Assembly (NCBI GenBank): GCA_017513085.1
Contig: JAFWDK010000010.1
Span: forward strand, 1 to 64,000
DNA: 64,000 nt
Reading direction: 5' to 3'
Source of the DNA: Clostridiales bacterium
GTDB lineage: Bacteria > Bacillota > Clostridia > Saccharofermentanales > Saccharofermentanaceae
Part shown: positions 62,229-64,000 of the stretch, piece by piece
Position numbering within the stretch: the stretch's first letter is position 1
Layout: each line of letters opens with the position of its first letter
The notes under the pieces: model-generated
Seen by the model: only the letters and a program-made list of their open reading frames with translations
What the model was told of the DNA's origin: nothing
Database searches by the model: none
Position numbers and translations under genes: made by a program

Positions 62229-62557
62229 TCCGTTCTATACCTATGTTTCTTTTCGATAATGATTGGCACGATAAATGGCAGAAAGACATGAAAGACATTT
62301 GGGCAAATGATGTCAGCGATTTTGCCGTAGCGATGACGGTGATGCTGTGTATCCTTGCCGTGTCCATTGTCCTGATCGTTGTTGGGCATATTCTATCCAA
62401 GAAAAACGATTTTGGAGATGAAGATTTTGAGGAGATTCGTAAGAATACAGGCGGTAAGGCTGAATATGCCGGCTCCGATCTGGGCGCCGAAATCTCATCC
62501 GGAAGCCTGATATGTATGAAGAATTTTCACTATGAAGAAGTGAATAAGGATAGATGA
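62225..62557 (+). CDS. Hypothetical single-TM protein
   Basis: AGGAGG RBS and ATGA overlap with the upstream gene. Confidence 0.6.
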   Translation: MIRSIPMFLFDNDWHDKWQKDMKDIWANDVSDFAVAMTVMLCILAVSIVLIVVGHILSKKNDFGDEDFEEIRKNTGGKAEYAGSDLGAEISSGSLICMKNFHYEEVNKDR

Positions 62558-62577
62558 GGATAAGAGCGTAAAGCAAT

Positions 62578-62733
62578 ATGTCGAGCAAAGAACAAAGACA
62601 TCAGTTATATTTAAAGCAGAAGGAACTCCTGGATACTTTTCTGGAGAAACATGCAATAACACGGGCACAGTATGAGAAGAGCCTTCATGATCTTACGGAG
62701 AAAATGGGAGAAGAGCCGATCGCCAAGAAGTGA
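62578..62733 (+). CDS. Small 51-aa protein with a SHOCT-like motif (not in the ORF track)
   Basis: MSSKEQRHQLYLKQKELLDTFLEKHAITRAQYEKSLHDLTEKMGEEPIAKK; the L..hl....AIT..QY pattern resembles SHOCT. Confidence 0.6.
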   Translation: MSSKEQRHQLYLKQKELLDTFLEKHAITRAQYEKSLHDLTEKMGEEPIAKK

Positions 62734-62779
62734 TGTATCCGATTCATCGAAAAAAGGATACATCATTCCCGGCAGATAT

Positions 62780-64000
62780 TTATCGGTACATGTTCTGTTG
62801 CGTACGATACATCTTTGAATACAGACTGTCTTTATGATCCAGCAGATCGCGGTGGGTGCCGCGTTCTACGATTTTTCCTTCATTAAAGACCAGTATTTTA
62901 TCGCAGATCTTGCAAGATGCCAGACGATGGGAAATAAAGACGGCAGTCTTACTTTGTACCATCGAGTGAAACTGTTCATAGATATCTTTCTCGGCAATCG
63001 GATCCAGAGCTGCAGTCGGTTCGTCCAGAATCAGGACAGGCGCATCTTTATACAGCGCTCTGGCCATGGCGATCTTCTGCTGTTCGCCGCCGGAAGGCTC
63101 AAACCCGCTTTGGTCATAGTAACGGAAGACCGGAGTGAGAAGACCTTGGGACAGAGAATCGACTTTGTCCTTTAGGCCGACTCGTTTAAGTAACGGAGTA
63201 AGCTCTTCATCGCTGATTCTTTCGGGACTGTTGCAGATCAGGTTTTCCTTGATCGAGAAGTTTAAAAGACAGAAATCCTGGAATACAACAGAGAGAATCT
63301 TCATGTATTGTGAGTACTCATACTCCAGAATGTTTACGCCGTTTAACAGTATCTCGCCTTCAGTACACTCATAGAGACGGCACAAAAGCTTGATGAAAGT
63401 GCTTTTGCCGGCGCCGTTTAGACCGACGACAGACCAGTGTTCGCCACTTTGTAATACAGCGTTGATGTTTTTCAGCGCGTACTCTTTGCTGCCGGGATAC
63501 CTGAAGGATACATTACGGAATTCGATCACAAAATCAGAGGAAAGGTTCGTATCTTTGTCGCCTTTCTCGACATAGGTGTCTCCTTCAACATATTCAATGT
63601 ATTTTTCGGAGTAGCCGCAGAATTTCTTCAGTGCGAGGAGCTGCTTCATGATGGTGTTCAGTGCGGTCACGATTACGGTCACGGCCGTGGAGAGCATGGT
63701 GAAGTCACCGATGCTTATGCGATGGCCGATCACCATCAGGGCGAAGATCATATAGGTGCAAGCGGCAGTCAGCGCCAGATTGATCTTTGAGCCGATGATG
63801 TATTTTTGGGATTTGGCTGCATGGATACGGTTGATCCTGGACTGTTCATCGTTGAATTGGTCGACCCGGTCAAGCATCATCTCCTTGGCATCAAAAAGGC
63901 GGATATCCTTGCCGTAACGGATGTCGGAAAGACCATGGACGAGAAAATAGTATGCACGGTCCGTGATGGCCAGCCGCTGGATCTGTTCCATCTTCAAACG
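62780..64000 (-). CDS. ABC transporter permease/ATPase (5' end outside the window)
   Basis: GLNGAGKST, SGGEQQK, LDEPTAALD and ISHRL motifs. Confidence 0.9.
   Translation of the reverse strand, partial: RLKMEQIQRLAITDRAYYFLVHGLSDIRYGKDIRLFDAKEMMLDRVDQFNDEQSRINRIHAAKSQKYIIGSKINLALTAACTYMIFALMVIGHRISIGDFTMLSTAVTVIVTALNTIMKQLLALKKFCGYSEKYIEYVEGDTYVEKGDKDTNLSSDFVIEFRNVSFRYPGSKEYALKNINAVLQSGEHWSVVGLNGAGKSTFIKLLCRLYECTEGEILLNGVNILEYEYSQYMKILSVVFQDFCLLNFSIKENLICNSPERISDEELTPLLKRVGLKDKVDSLSQGLLTPVFRYYDQSGFEPSGGEQQKIAMARALYKDAPVLILDEPTAALDPIAEKDIYEQFHSMVQSKTAVFISHRLASCKICDKILVFNEGKIVERGTHRDLLDHKDSLYSKMYRTQQNMYR

Overview
Chromosomal segment from an apparently anaerobic Clostridia-like (Bacillota) bacterium; the taxonomy is inferred from gene families and RBS/promoter style. 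No rRNA, tRNA, CRISPR array or transposase was recognised. The core (about 8.6-36 kb) is a sulfur-assimilation island. It holds trans-sulfuration enzymes, cysE, two LysR regulators (a third paralog lies at 5240), two ABC systems, metE/metF and a nitrogenase-like operon (cysK-nifB-nifX-nifH-cysK2-D1K1-nifX2-D2K2-GNAT), followed by a lanC-like/tautomerase/GNAT unit. The nitrogenase-like genes resemble methylthio-alkane reductase (Mar, group IV) more than N2-fixing Nif. Two regulatory layers are visible in the DNA. First, an unannotated 28-aa Met/Cys-rich leader peptide with mutually exclusive antiterminator and terminator hairpins lies in front of the nitrogenase-like operon. Second, a TATAA-N7-TTATA-type box sits exactly 62 nt before the -10 hexamer of five sulfur promoters. 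Other notable loci are a lipoprotein with three VYGPP motifs coupled to a radical SAM/SPASM enzyme (splicease-like), and a FecR/PT-stalk + CHASE2 adenylate cyclase + MBL-GAF-GGDEF signalling operon. The remainder is sugar/redox metabolism (GH127, GH10), ABC exporters, a hybrid kinase and an ECF sigma/anti-sigma pair. All product calls come from motifs read by eye; no database searches were run.
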